Below the pieces are notes generated by a model. That model ran no database searches. It worked only from the letters and a program-made list of their open reading frames with translations, and was not told where the DNA came from. A stretch of 64,000 nucleotides of DNA from contig CAZXFX010000005.1 of assembly GCA_964640295.1 (NCBI GenBank), forward strand, positions 21,497 through 85,496, read 5' to 3'. Source of the DNA: an uncultured Dehalococcoidia bacterium. Lineage in GTDB: Bacteria > Chloroflexota > Dehalococcoidia > Lucifugimonadales > UBA1123. Position numbers and translations under genes: made by a program. Positions 18,050-27,063 of the stretch are shown here, one piece after another. Position 1 is the first letter of the stretch. Each line of letters opens with the position of its first letter.

Positions 18050-19057
18050 ATGCCTACGAATGTGCCTCCGCAGTATAGAGAAGCGGAGGATAGATTCAGA
18101 AACGCTTCCACCATACAGGCGAAGGTGGCGTCGCTTCAAGAGATGCTTGCCATAATGCCCAAGCATAAAGGCACCGATCATCTCAAGGCGCAGCTTAGAT
18201 CCAGGCTCTCCAAGCTCATGGCCGATCTGGAGCAGAGCTCCGCCAAAGGCAAGGGAAGCGGCAGAATCGAACCCTTCTCCATGCCCAAAGAGGGGGGCGG
18301 ACGCGCCACCCTGATTGGCCCTTCCAATGTCGGCAAATCTTTGCTGCTCAACAACTCGACAGGCGCGAAGAGCAGGGTAGGGGCTTACGAACTCAGCACC
18401 ATGGAGCCTGTCCCCGGAATGCTCATCTACGAAGATGTGCCGATTCAGCTTGTGGACACTCCGCCCATTTCCAACCCTTCGACCCAAGGGCGTCTGTACG
18501 GCCTTCTCAGAAACACGGACGTGTTCATCGTCGTTCTGGACCTGTCAATGGACGCGGAAGCGCAGGTCGAGGAGACGTTCTCGGCGCTGGAAGAGTGGGG
18601 ATTCCGCATGCTTCGGAAAGGGGAGAGTCCGTCGGGGGATAGCCACTGGCTGAACAAGCCGACCATCGTGGTAGGCAATAAGGCGGATATTCCGGGCGCG
18701 CTCGACCAGTACGTCGCCATCGAGGAGAAACTGGGCGAGCGCTATCCGGTCATCATGGCGAGCGCGGAGGAGGGCGTCGGCTTCGAGGAGATCGCGGTCG
18801 AGGCGTTCGAGGCGCTGAAGGTGATTCGCGTATATACGAAGTCGCCGCGCATTAAAGTGGAGGACTATGTGCCGACCGAGCCTCTCGTGCTTCCGGCGGG
18901 CGCGACCGTAATAGAGGCGGCGCGCGGCGTCCATAAAGAGATAGGGCAGGGGCTCAAGTACGCCATTCTCTGGGGAGAGTCCAGCAAGTTCGACGGCCAG
19001 CATGTTGGGCGGACGCACCAACTCAGCGACAAGGACATCATCGAACTGCACACGTGA
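18050..19057 (+). CDS. DRG/Rbg-like GTPase with C-terminal TGS domain
   Basis: N-terminal helical KHKGTDHLKAQLRSRLSKL region. G1 GPSNVGKS, G3 DTPP (not DTPG), G4 NKAD. C-terminal TGS-like VIRVYTKSP...LPAGATVIEAARGVHKEIGQGLKYAILWG. Start at ATG 18050 with a GGGGG RBS. Confidence 0.8.
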   Translation: MPTNVPPQYREAEDRFRNASTIQAKVASLQEMLAIMPKHKGTDHLKAQLRSRLSKLMADLEQSSAKGKGSGRIEPFSMPKEGGGRATLIGPSNVGKSLLLNNSTGAKSRVGAYELSTMEPVPGMLIYEDVPIQLVDTPPISNPSTQGRLYGLLRNTDVFIVVLDLSMDAEAQVEETFSALEEWGFRMLRKGESPSGDSHWLNKPTIVVGNKADIPGALDQYVAIEEKLGERYPVIMASAEEGVGFEEIAVEAFEALKVIRVYTKSPRIKVEDYVPTEPLVLPAGATVIEAARGVHKEIGQGLKYAILWGESSKFDGQHVGRTHQLSDKDIIELHT

Positions 19058-19070
19058 GGCGGGGAGCGAC

Positions 19071-20501
19071 TCAGCAGAGCTGGTACTCGCGGCTTGACGC
19101 TATCATCTTGAATAGCGACAGTATGAGTTCCTGGGACGCTTCTCTGTCCGGCTCCGCCTCAATGCCGCGAGCCGCGAACTCGACCAGCATGGCGAGCGTG
19201 TCTTCCGCGACCTCCATGGGACCGATGACGTCCAGGCAGGCGGACACCAACTCTTCAGGGTCAGACGAGTCGCTCGCGTCGCCTACGCGGGCGACCATGC
19301 TTTTCACGCCCGGCTTGCTCGCGTCGCCCACCCGTTGCGCCACGAAGTTGACTCTGTCCACCAGCGAGCCGCTCGTGATCCACTCCTCGCCCGTGTGCCA
19401 TCCTTCGACCGAAGGCGGGTCGAGCAGCTTTTGGCCCATGAACCCCGCCTCTTCCATTATCATGAAGACACCGTTGTCTCCGCCGTCGGGAACGGCATAT
19501 TCTCCCGTCTTCCTCAGCGCGCCGATTATCACCTCTGTCGGGCTCTTCACCCTGCGGAATCGCGCTTCCTTGAAGAAGTCGGAATTGAACAGAACCCTGA
19601 GTGTGGAGCGAATATCGTGGTCGTATTCGCGGTAGGCTTCCGCGAGCGTGTCTATCGCTTGCGGATCCAGCGGAGGCGTGTCCGACCACTGAGGAACGGG
19701 AACTTCGTCCGCCACGAAGAAGTTGTATAGATGCCTGGCCACGAATCGCGCGGTGGCCGTCTGTTCACAGATTATCCTGACGACGTCTTCCCCGTTGAAA
19801 TCGCCCTGTTCGCCCAGGAACGTCTTCTCTCCGTCATCGTGGTCGTAGTCGCGGTACTCGTGATGCCAAAGTATCCTGCCATAAGGCCAGATGGAGTCTT
19901 TCTGAGCCATCATCGCCATGTATTCGCCATTCTTGACAGTCCAGCCCGTGAACGCGCGGGAGGCGCTCTTGATGTCGTCCTCGCCGTAATTGCCGACGCC
20001 CATGGAGAAGAGTTCGAGTATCTCGCGCCCGTAGTTTTCGTTTATGGAATCTTTGTGATTCGTGTGATTGTCCAGCCAGATTATCATGGCGGGGTCTTTG
20101 GACAGTTCGACCAGCAGATTGTCGAAGCGGCCCAAACCGTGCCTTCTGAATGTCTCTATCTGATTGGTGAGAGAGCCGAGGTTGTTGAGCTTGCCTTCGC
20201 CCGTGGCGAAGACGCCGTGCCAGAAGAGAGCTATCTTCTCTTCGAGAGGATTTTGCGTGGAAAGCAGCCTGTACGCCCAGTACGCCGCGTTGTGTCCCTG
20301 CATCGCGTGGAGGTCGGCGTGTCGCCTGAAGATGAGGTCGTCCGGGATGTGGCGCGAGTCGTCGGGGCTGAGAAATCGCTCCACAAGAGCCTCGTAGCCG
20401 ATATCCTCGTAGCCGTCCAGCTCTTCCGGCGTCGCTCCGAAACCCGCTCGCCTGGCGAGGTGCGCTATCAGATTTCTTTCGTGGGAACCCATCTCTTCCA
20501 T
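19071..20501 (-). CDS. DUF1800 family protein
   Basis: Conserved LIAHLARRAGFGATPEEL N-terminus and the FNSDFF / PPSVEGWHTGEEWI C-terminal motifs. Start placed at the ATG cluster 20501/20492. The ORF-track start 20603 would overlap the DUF502 gene. Confidence 0.85.
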   Translation of the reverse strand: MEEMGSHERNLIAHLARRAGFGATPEELDGYEDIGYEALVERFLSPDDSRHIPDDLIFRRHADLHAMQGHNAAYWAYRLLSTQNPLEEKIALFWHGVFATGEGKLNNLGSLTNQIETFRRHGLGRFDNLLVELSKDPAMIIWLDNHTNHKDSINENYGREILELFSMGVGNYGEDDIKSASRAFTGWTVKNGEYMAMMAQKDSIWPYGRILWHHEYRDYDHDDGEKTFLGEQGDFNGEDVVRIICEQTATARFVARHLYNFFVADEVPVPQWSDTPPLDPQAIDTLAEAYREYDHDIRSTLRVLFNSDFFKEARFRRVKSPTEVIIGALRKTGEYAVPDGGDNGVFMIMEEAGFMGQKLLDPPSVEGWHTGEEWITSGSLVDRVNFVAQRVGDASKPGVKSMVARVGDASDSSDPEELVSACLDVIGPMEVAEDTLAMLVEFAARGIEAEPDREASQELILSLFKMIASSREYQLC

Positions 20502-20553
20502 TTCCTCCAAAACCCTAATGTATCCGGTCAGTAAATCACACAAAGCCCATTGT

Positions 20554-21270
20554 CTATGTTCTCGCGTCCTCTTCCGGTTCCGCCTGGCGTGAAGTTTCCA
20601 CACTGTACCCGCCGTAGGCGTCGAACGTATCGGTATCTTCCTCTACCGGCACTCGCGCCAGCGCGAAATTCTGAGGAAGGGATATGCCGCCCGAGAAGAC
20701 GAGTTTCATCGCGTCTTCGACCGACATGTCGGTTTCTATGATGTGGTCTTCCAGCACCAGCGCCATGTTGCCGCTGGTGGGATTTGGCACGGTTGGAACG
20801 TAAACGACGGCCAGCGTTTCCCCCGTCTTATCTGAATACGCGCGCCCGGTAACGAATCCCATCGCTACCATGTTCTCGCGGGGCCACTCGATGAACACCA
20901 CGCGCGAGAAGTTGTACTGAGCGGACATCGAGGTCATTATCTGGCGAGATACGCCAAAAACGGATTTGACGAATGGAATGCGGAGCATGAGCGTGTCAAT
21001 TCCCCTCATGCCCTTCGCGCCCACCCGCGATGATATACACAGACCAATGACGTATGACACGACGACCAGTATGATCACCCCGACGCCCGGAAAGTCCCAA
21101 AGTCGGCCTTGAATGAAAGGCAGCGGCCTTATAAAAGAGTCGGCGTATCCTATGAGAACTATGACGACGATGATCGTAATAAGCGTCGGCGCTATTTCAA
21201 CCATACCGTCCACGGTCTTGGACTGAAAGTGATTCTTTATTCTATAAAGAAATCCTCGATTTTGTCTCAT
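20554..21270 (-). CDS. DUF502 family membrane protein
   Basis: 238 aa, two N-terminal TM helices, and a conserved RIPFVKSVFGVSRQI...FIEWPRENMVAMGFVTG core. Confidence 0.8.
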   Translation of the reverse strand: MRQNRGFLYRIKNHFQSKTVDGMVEIAPTLITIIVVIVLIGYADSFIRPLPFIQGRLWDFPGVGVIILVVVSYVIGLCISSRVGAKGMRGIDTLMLRIPFVKSVFGVSRQIMTSMSAQYNFSRVVFIEWPRENMVAMGFVTGRAYSDKTGETLAVVYVPTVPNPTSGNMALVLEDHIIETDMSVEDAMKLVFSGGISLPQNFALARVPVEEDTDTFDAYGGYSVETSRQAEPEEDART

Positions 21271-21435
21271 GTGAGAAAATCATTCCCGCCATGGCCTGGA
21301 GTTGCCAAATATCTACCCCTATTATTTGCATATTGCATATATTGTCAAGGCGTGTTGCGCGGCGACGGCTTTCGCGCTGCGAGAGTTCGCGCGGGGTTGC
21401 GCTAACGCCACCGGAATTTCCCGCAAAGCGGCGCT

Positions 21436-22434
21436 CTACTGCTCATATATCTGAATCCTGTGCCTGCTGTGTTCTGTGACATACAGGCGGTCTTCCGAGT
21501 CCAGCTTTACCGACACCGGTCCCCAGAATAGCGGCTCGGTCTGAGACGCGACGTGATAAGGAGTTCGCAGATGGTCGGGCAACTCTTCCACCAGCAGCCG
21601 AGACGCCTTTCGCGCGTCATACTCGTCCAGATTCACTTCCAGCCACTCCTCCGCCCACTTCGACAGCGTGGCTTCTCCGCGCAGAATCTGATGAAACGAG
21701 CCGTCCCGGTTCAGAACCTGGACTCGCTCGTTGCCCCAGTCCGCCACGTGCATCTTTCCATCGCCGTCAACCGCGACTGAGCTTGGGCGATGGAATTGCC
21801 CTTCGCCGTCGCCCGATTCGCCATAGGCGGCGATGAATTCGCCGTCCGGCGTAAACTTCTGTATTCGGTCATTTCGCCAGTCGGCCACATAGACATCGCC
21901 ATGGCGGTCAACTGTCACGCCCCATGGCAGGTCGAACTGCCCCGGTCCGTCTCCCCGTTCGCCCCAGGACAAGACGCGGTCTCCATCGGCAGTCAGCTTA
22001 TGCACCCGCGCCGCGTATTGTTCGACCACATATACGGAGCCGTCTTCGCCATGCGCCACGCCGGCGGGCCCGTCCAGGGATCCCGCTCCGTTCGCGTCCT
22101 TGCCCCATTTCCTCAAGAAATTGCCCCGGCTGTCGAATACCTTCACCTCGTTCAGCGACTCGTCGGTTACGTACAGGTTGTCTTGTCCGTCGAACGCCAT
22201 GCACACCGGAACCCTGAACTGGTCGTCTCCGTCGCCCGGGCCTGTGCTGAACTCGCCAAGCCAGTCCTCGTCGAACGTGCAAATCTGGATGCGTATGCCG
22301 AGCGGGTTCAGTCCGCCCATTCTGTTCAGGACGAATATGCGCCCGTCGCGGCTGAAGGCGATGTCATACGGGTAGTTGAAGCCGCGCCCTATGGGCTGGT
22401 TGGAGTTGAAGCCAATCGTCTTGAGATATTTCAT
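21436..22434 (-). CDS. NHL-repeat beta-propeller protein
   Basis: 332 aa with repeated GxGxGQFxxPxGVxVDxxGxvYVADxxNxRIQ blades. No signal peptide. Confidence 0.9.
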   Translation of the reverse strand: MKYLKTIGFNSNQPIGRGFNYPYDIAFSRDGRIFVLNRMGGLNPLGIRIQICTFDEDWLGEFSTGPGDGDDQFRVPVCMAFDGQDNLYVTDESLNEVKVFDSRGNFLRKWGKDANGAGSLDGPAGVAHGEDGSVYVVEQYAARVHKLTADGDRVLSWGERGDGPGQFDLPWGVTVDRHGDVYVADWRNDRIQKFTPDGEFIAAYGESGDGEGQFHRPSSVAVDGDGKMHVADWGNERVQVLNRDGSFHQILRGEATLSKWAEEWLEVNLDEYDARKASRLLVEELPDHLRTPYHVASQTEPLFWGPVSVKLDSEDRLYVTEHSRHRIQIYEQ

Positions 22435-22447
22435 CGCGGGCGCGCCC

Positions 22448-23452
22448 CTAGATGTTGAATTGCGGATCGCTGTAGTCCATTAGCTTGTTGTATATCTGAA
22501 TGCGCCATCGCTGAGTGTCGGCGACCATGAGCCGCGAGTTGGCCGGATCGAACGCCACCGCGCTGGGCAGCGCGAACCGCCATTCTGGCTCTAGCGAATA
22601 GACTCGTCTGCGCGCCTTGTAAACGTCCGGGTTGCTATTGACGTACTCTAGCTGCCACTTGGAGAGTTCCTGCGCGTCGCCTATGAACGTGGTGAGGTAT
22701 TTTCCTGCCGAGTCGTATGCCTGAACGCGGTGATTCGCCCAGTCGCATACGTAGATGTCGCCATCCGGGTCAACCGCGACATCCGACGGGTGGTCGAACT
22801 CGTAATCGCCGCTGCCGCGGCTGCCGAGCGCGAATACGAAATCGCCGTCCGAATCAAACTTCTGTATGCGGTGGTTCTTATGGTCGGCGACGTATATGAA
22901 GCCGTCCGAGTCTGTGGTTATACCCCAAGGCGAGTCGAAATCGCCCTCTCCCGAGCCTCTCTTCCCCCACTCCGACACATATTGACCGCTTGCAGTGAGT
23001 TTCTGCACACGGTGATTGTGCGTATCCACTACCAGCAGATTCCCTTCCGCGTCTGTGGCTATGCCGGCCGGCCTGCTGAACTGGCCTTGCCCGTAACCGC
23101 TCTCGCCAAACATTCCCAGAAATTCTCCGTCGCGATCGAACTTAGAGACGCGATTCGTCCATGCGTCCGTCACGAAGAAGTTCGAGTCGCCGTCGAGCGC
23201 GATTCCTGACGGCCACATAAACTGTCCAGGCTCTTCGCCTTTGCCGCCCATGAGCTTGATGACTTCCTCTTCGCCCGCTCTGTCGCCCACGTGAAACCGG
23301 GTCACGTTGCATGTCCCCTCTATTCGCGTAATGACCGCGAACATATCGCCATCCAATCCGGGAGTCAGCGCCACCGGTCCCATAACTTCATTTCTTCCTC
23401 CAACCACGTGGCTGAAGTCATAAACGCGATCCCCTACGATTTTCGTTAGCAT
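22448..23452 (-). CDS. NHL-repeat beta-propeller protein
   Basis: 334 aa, same blade pattern. Paralog of 21436-22434 and 1970-3001. All three end ...RIQIY(Q/E/N)(K/Q). Confidence 0.9.
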   Translation of the reverse strand: MLTKIVGDRVYDFSHVVGGRNEVMGPVALTPGLDGDMFAVITRIEGTCNVTRFHVGDRAGEEEVIKLMGGKGEEPGQFMWPSGIALDGDSNFFVTDAWTNRVSKFDRDGEFLGMFGESGYGQGQFSRPAGIATDAEGNLLVVDTHNHRVQKLTASGQYVSEWGKRGSGEGDFDSPWGITTDSDGFIYVADHKNHRIQKFDSDGDFVFALGSRGSGDYEFDHPSDVAVDPDGDIYVCDWANHRVQAYDSAGKYLTTFIGDAQELSKWQLEYVNSNPDVYKARRRVYSLEPEWRFALPSAVAFDPANSRLMVADTQRWRIQIYNKLMDYSDPQFNI

Positions 23453-23508
23453 CTAACACGAATCCTTACGCTCTTGTCCCGCTTTCTCTTTCGATGAATG
23501 TCGCCGCG

Positions 23509-24906
23509 CTACGCGAACTGGTATTCGCGGGTCGCCACTATCAGTTGAAGTATCTCAGACACTCGCTGGGCGGATTCCGCTTCGTTAGCTTCATCCCAAA
23601 CCAGGTCTCCTTTGAGCGAAGCGTGTCCCACCAGTTCCGACAGTGTTTCGTCGGTGACTTCCACTCCCCCCAATCGCTCCAGGCACTCGCTCACCACCGA
23701 TTCCGGCGACGCGCATTTGGCTCTCACCCCGTCCACGATGCTCCGCACGCCGGGCCGTTCGACGTCGCTCATCATGTCCGATACGAAGTTGGCCCGCTTC
23801 ATCAGAGAGCCGCTGTTTATCCATTCGACGCCCGAATGCCAGCCCTCGACGCTGGGCGGGTTCAGCAGTTCCTGTCCCATGAAGGTTATCTGGTTCGCCC
23901 ACTCGAACACGTCTGGGCCCGCCAGTTCCACTCCGCCCGCCATTCTGACCGTTCCGACCACGACTTCCGTGGGGTTCTTTATCTTGGCGAAGCGCGCCTC
24001 TTTGAAGAAATCCGAATTGAACAGTACCCTGAGCGCGTGGCTGATGTCGAAGCCGGACTCTGCCAGCGCGCCGGCGATGGTCTCCACTGCTTCAGGGTCT
24101 CGCGGAGGCGTTACCGACCACGCCGGCACCTGCACCTCGTCCGCCACGAAGATGTTGTAATGGTGGCGAGCGTTTAAACGCGCTGTGGCGGGCTGCGCCA
24201 GCACAATGTCAATTATCTGCTCGCCGTCGAACTCTCCCTTATATCCAAGGAACGTCTTCTCGCCGTAATCGTGGTCGTCGTCTCGGAACTCGAAATGCCA
24301 GTCCCACCTGCCCATGTGGAAGCGCGGCAGCTTGGGAGTCATAGTCCAGCCGGTGAAAGCCCGCGAACACTCATACACGTCTTCCTCCGTGTAATTGCCG
24401 ACGCCCATCGTGAAAAGTTCCAGCAGTTCGCGCCCCCAGTTCTCATTGACGGCGGTCGCGTGATTTTCGTGGTTGTCCAGCCAGAACAGCATCGCCGGAT
24501 TTCTGGACACTTCCAGCAGCAGCTCTCGATACTTGCCCAGTCCCTTCTCGCGGAACAGGTCTATCATGTCCGTAATCTCGTCGTAGTGGTCAACCTTCGA
24601 GACGCCCGTAGCGAAAAGCTGATGCCAGAACAGGCACATCTTCTCTTGAAGCGGCGCGTTGGTGTTCACCATTCTCCAGACCCAGCCGGTCTGTCCGCGC
24701 CCGCCCGCCGTTCCCGGCTTCCACTGGAAGTGGTAGTATCTCAGGAACTCGTAGATGTCCACCGGTTCCTGTTCGTCGGGTCGCAGAAGCTCTTCCACAG
24801 TAGCTTCGTACCCATTGGAAAGCCGCTCATCCAACTCTTCGCGGGTCGCGCCGAATCCAGCTCTCCGCATCAGATGCGCCATTAGCGCAAGGTCGTCGTT
24901 TGCCAT
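23509..24906 (-). CDS. DUF1800 family protein
   Basis: 465 aa with LMAHLMRRAGFGATREEL, NHENHATAVNENWGRELLELFTMG and PPSVEGWHSGVEWI. Confidence 0.88.
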   Translation of the reverse strand: MANDDLALMAHLMRRAGFGATREELDERLSNGYEATVEELLRPDEQEPVDIYEFLRYYHFQWKPGTAGGRGQTGWVWRMVNTNAPLQEKMCLFWHQLFATGVSKVDHYDEITDMIDLFREKGLGKYRELLLEVSRNPAMLFWLDNHENHATAVNENWGRELLELFTMGVGNYTEEDVYECSRAFTGWTMTPKLPRFHMGRWDWHFEFRDDDHDYGEKTFLGYKGEFDGEQIIDIVLAQPATARLNARHHYNIFVADEVQVPAWSVTPPRDPEAVETIAGALAESGFDISHALRVLFNSDFFKEARFAKIKNPTEVVVGTVRMAGGVELAGPDVFEWANQITFMGQELLNPPSVEGWHSGVEWINSGSLMKRANFVSDMMSDVERPGVRSIVDGVRAKCASPESVVSECLERLGGVEVTDETLSELVGHASLKGDLVWDEANEAESAQRVSEILQLIVATREYQFA

Positions 24907-25142
24907 TGGCGATGTCTCCTGGCGCGGTCACTCTATCGGGCGCGTATATCCCGAAATGCCGCAGTCCGTTTTCAAATGCCGATAAAATACCGTATGTCGC
25001 CAGAATTATATTATTGACTGACTCAGTAGGCAAATCCAATTCGGATACGGCTTCTTCGCGGTCTCATAACTTTTCGCGCCCAAAAACTCAAAGACAAGCG
25101 CGCGCGCCCCCAAAATCGCCAGTCCCGCGCTCGAGTTTTGTA

Positions 25143-25171
25143 TTGACACTCCAACCGCTCAATCCTATACT
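25143..25171 (+). promoter_or_regulatory. Near-consensus sigma70-type promoter upstream of pyrG
   Basis: TTGACA (25143-25148), exactly 17-nt spacer, TATACT (25166-25171). Predicts a leader of about 230 nt before ATG 25407. Confidence 0.6.
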
Positions 25172-25406
25172 CTTGCCAGCGTTCATTTATCGAGAGGACG
25201 GTCTTGCAGTGGCGCTCAGAGACTCCACAGCCGCCGGTTACGAGAATGTCTAGCGCGCGTCCTTCGACGCACAGCACGCCTTCGCTCCTCTCTCTCGAAC
25301 TGTCCCTAACCGACCCGTTTTCGGCTGTTTCGCATGAGTTGGACGCCCTGCGTCCAAGCGGCGGCCGATTGTGTGGGTTCTCATTGTTCAGGCATCCGGT
25401 GACCAC

Positions 25407-27044
25407 ATGACAAAGATCATTTTCGTTACGGGCGGAGTCGTAAGTTCCATCGGCAAGGGAGTCAGCGTCGCTTCGATTGGGCGCGTCCTGAAGAGCCGCG
25501 GCGTTTCCGTTTCCCTGATGAAACTCGACCCATATCTCAATGTGGACCCCGGCACGATGTCTCCATATCAGCACGGCGAAGTGTTCGTAACGCAGGACGG
25601 CTCCGAGACGGATCTGGACCTAGGCCACTACGAACGTTTCGTGGACATGAATCTGTCCAAGCTCTCCAACATTACCGCCGGCCAGATATATAGGGAAGTG
25701 ATAGCGCGCGAAAGACGGGGCGAGTTTCTGGGAGGCACTATACAGGCGATTCCTCATGTAACGGACGCCATCAAACGGCGAATTCTGAAACTGGCTGAGG
25801 ACTCTCAGGCCGACGTCGTGGTAGTCGAAGTCGGAGGCACGGTCGGCGACATAGAGGGCCTGCCATTCCTCGAGGCTATACGGCAGATGCGAAACGAAGT
25901 GGGACGCGATAACGTATTCTACGCCCATCTCACGTTCCTGCCTTATATATCGTCCGCCGGCGAACTCAAGACCAAGCCGACCCAGCACAGCGTCCGGGAA
26001 CTGCGCGGCATCGGAATCCAGCCCGACGCGATAGTGTGCCGTTCAGACCACGAAGTGGATGACGACATCAAGAAGAAGATTTCGATTCACTGCGACGTGC
26101 CGAACGAAGCGGTGATTACCCTGCCGACAGTGTCCAGCATCTACCAGGTGCCGCTGATACTTCAGGATGAAGGTCTGTGCGATCTGATAATAGACAAGCT
26201 CGAATTGAGGGGATACGAACAAGACCTGTCGGGCTGGCGCGAAATGGTAGGGGCTATTCACGCACCCAAGCGCGCGCTGCCAATCGCTATCGTCGGAAAG
26301 TATGTTGACTTGCAAGACTCATACATCTCCGTCAAGGAAGCGCTGCTTCACGCCGGTCTGTATTTCGGCCTCGATGTGGACGTCCAGTGGATCAATTCAG
26401 AAAGCATCGAGGAAGAAGGCGCGGACGAACTGCTGGCTTCTGCGGTTGGCATAGTAGTGCCTGGCGGTTTCGGACACAGGGGCGTGGAAGGCATGATAAC
26501 GACGGCCGCCTACGCTCGCATTCACGACGTTCCGTATCTGGGACTCTGCCTCGGTTTGCAGGTAATGGTGATAGACGTCGCCCGCAACGTCATGGGACTC
26601 GAAGGCGCCAACTCGACCGAGATGGACCCCTCCACTCCATATCCGGTAATTGACCTCATGGACAGCCAGCGCGACGTTACGGATATGGGGGGAACTATGC
26701 GACTGGGCGCGTATCCGTGCAAGACCATACCGGACACGCTCGCCGCCAACGCCTACGGAAAGGATGTCGTCCAGGAACGTCATCGCCATCGCTGGGAGTT
26801 CAACAACGACTATCTGGAACGATTCGAGGCGGTGAACCTGCAGCCCACGGGAATATCGCCGGACGGGAGCCTCGTGGAAATCATGGAATATGAGCCCGCC
26901 AGATTCATGCTCGGCACTCAGTTCCACCCTGAATTTCTGTCCAGACCTAACAGACCTCATCCACTCTTTCGAGAGTTCATGGGAGCCGCTCAGGAAATCG
27001 TCCGCGAGGGCGGACAGCCGCCACTCCCGCTGTCTCAGAGCTGA
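25407..27044 (+). CDS. pyrG: CTP synthase
   Basis: MTKIIFVTGGVVSSIGKG N-terminus, GTVGDIE, and a C-terminal GATase with GLCLGLQ. Start at ATG 25407, not the upstream alternative start 25371. Confidence 0.95.
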   Translation: MTKIIFVTGGVVSSIGKGVSVASIGRVLKSRGVSVSLMKLDPYLNVDPGTMSPYQHGEVFVTQDGSETDLDLGHYERFVDMNLSKLSNITAGQIYREVIARERRGEFLGGTIQAIPHVTDAIKRRILKLAEDSQADVVVVEVGGTVGDIEGLPFLEAIRQMRNEVGRDNVFYAHLTFLPYISSAGELKTKPTQHSVRELRGIGIQPDAIVCRSDHEVDDDIKKKISIHCDVPNEAVITLPTVSSIYQVPLILQDEGLCDLIIDKLELRGYEQDLSGWREMVGAIHAPKRALPIAIVGKYVDLQDSYISVKEALLHAGLYFGLDVDVQWINSESIEEEGADELLASAVGIVVPGGFGHRGVEGMITTAAYARIHDVPYLGLCLGLQVMVIDVARNVMGLEGANSTEMDPSTPYPVIDLMDSQRDVTDMGGTMRLGAYPCKTIPDTLAANAYGKDVVQERHRHRWEFNNDYLERFEAVNLQPTGISPDGSLVEIMEYEPARFMLGTQFHPEFLSRPNRPHPLFREFMGAAQEIVREGGQPPLPLSQS

Positions 27045-27063
27045 GATCGAGGCTGGCCTAGAC

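Noticed and set aside
25023-25574. 183-aa minus-strand ORF in the pyrG upstream region
   Set aside because: It overlaps the pyrG start and the strong plus-strand promoter. It has no RBS and no recognisable sequence, so the region is better explained as a promoter plus leader.
26890-27063. Upstream part of the LLM oxidoreductase ORF overlapping the pyrG 3' end
   Set aside because: It would require a 155-nt overlap with pyrG and the residues have no LLM similarity. In-frame ATGs at 27064 or 27148 lie just after the pyrG stop.
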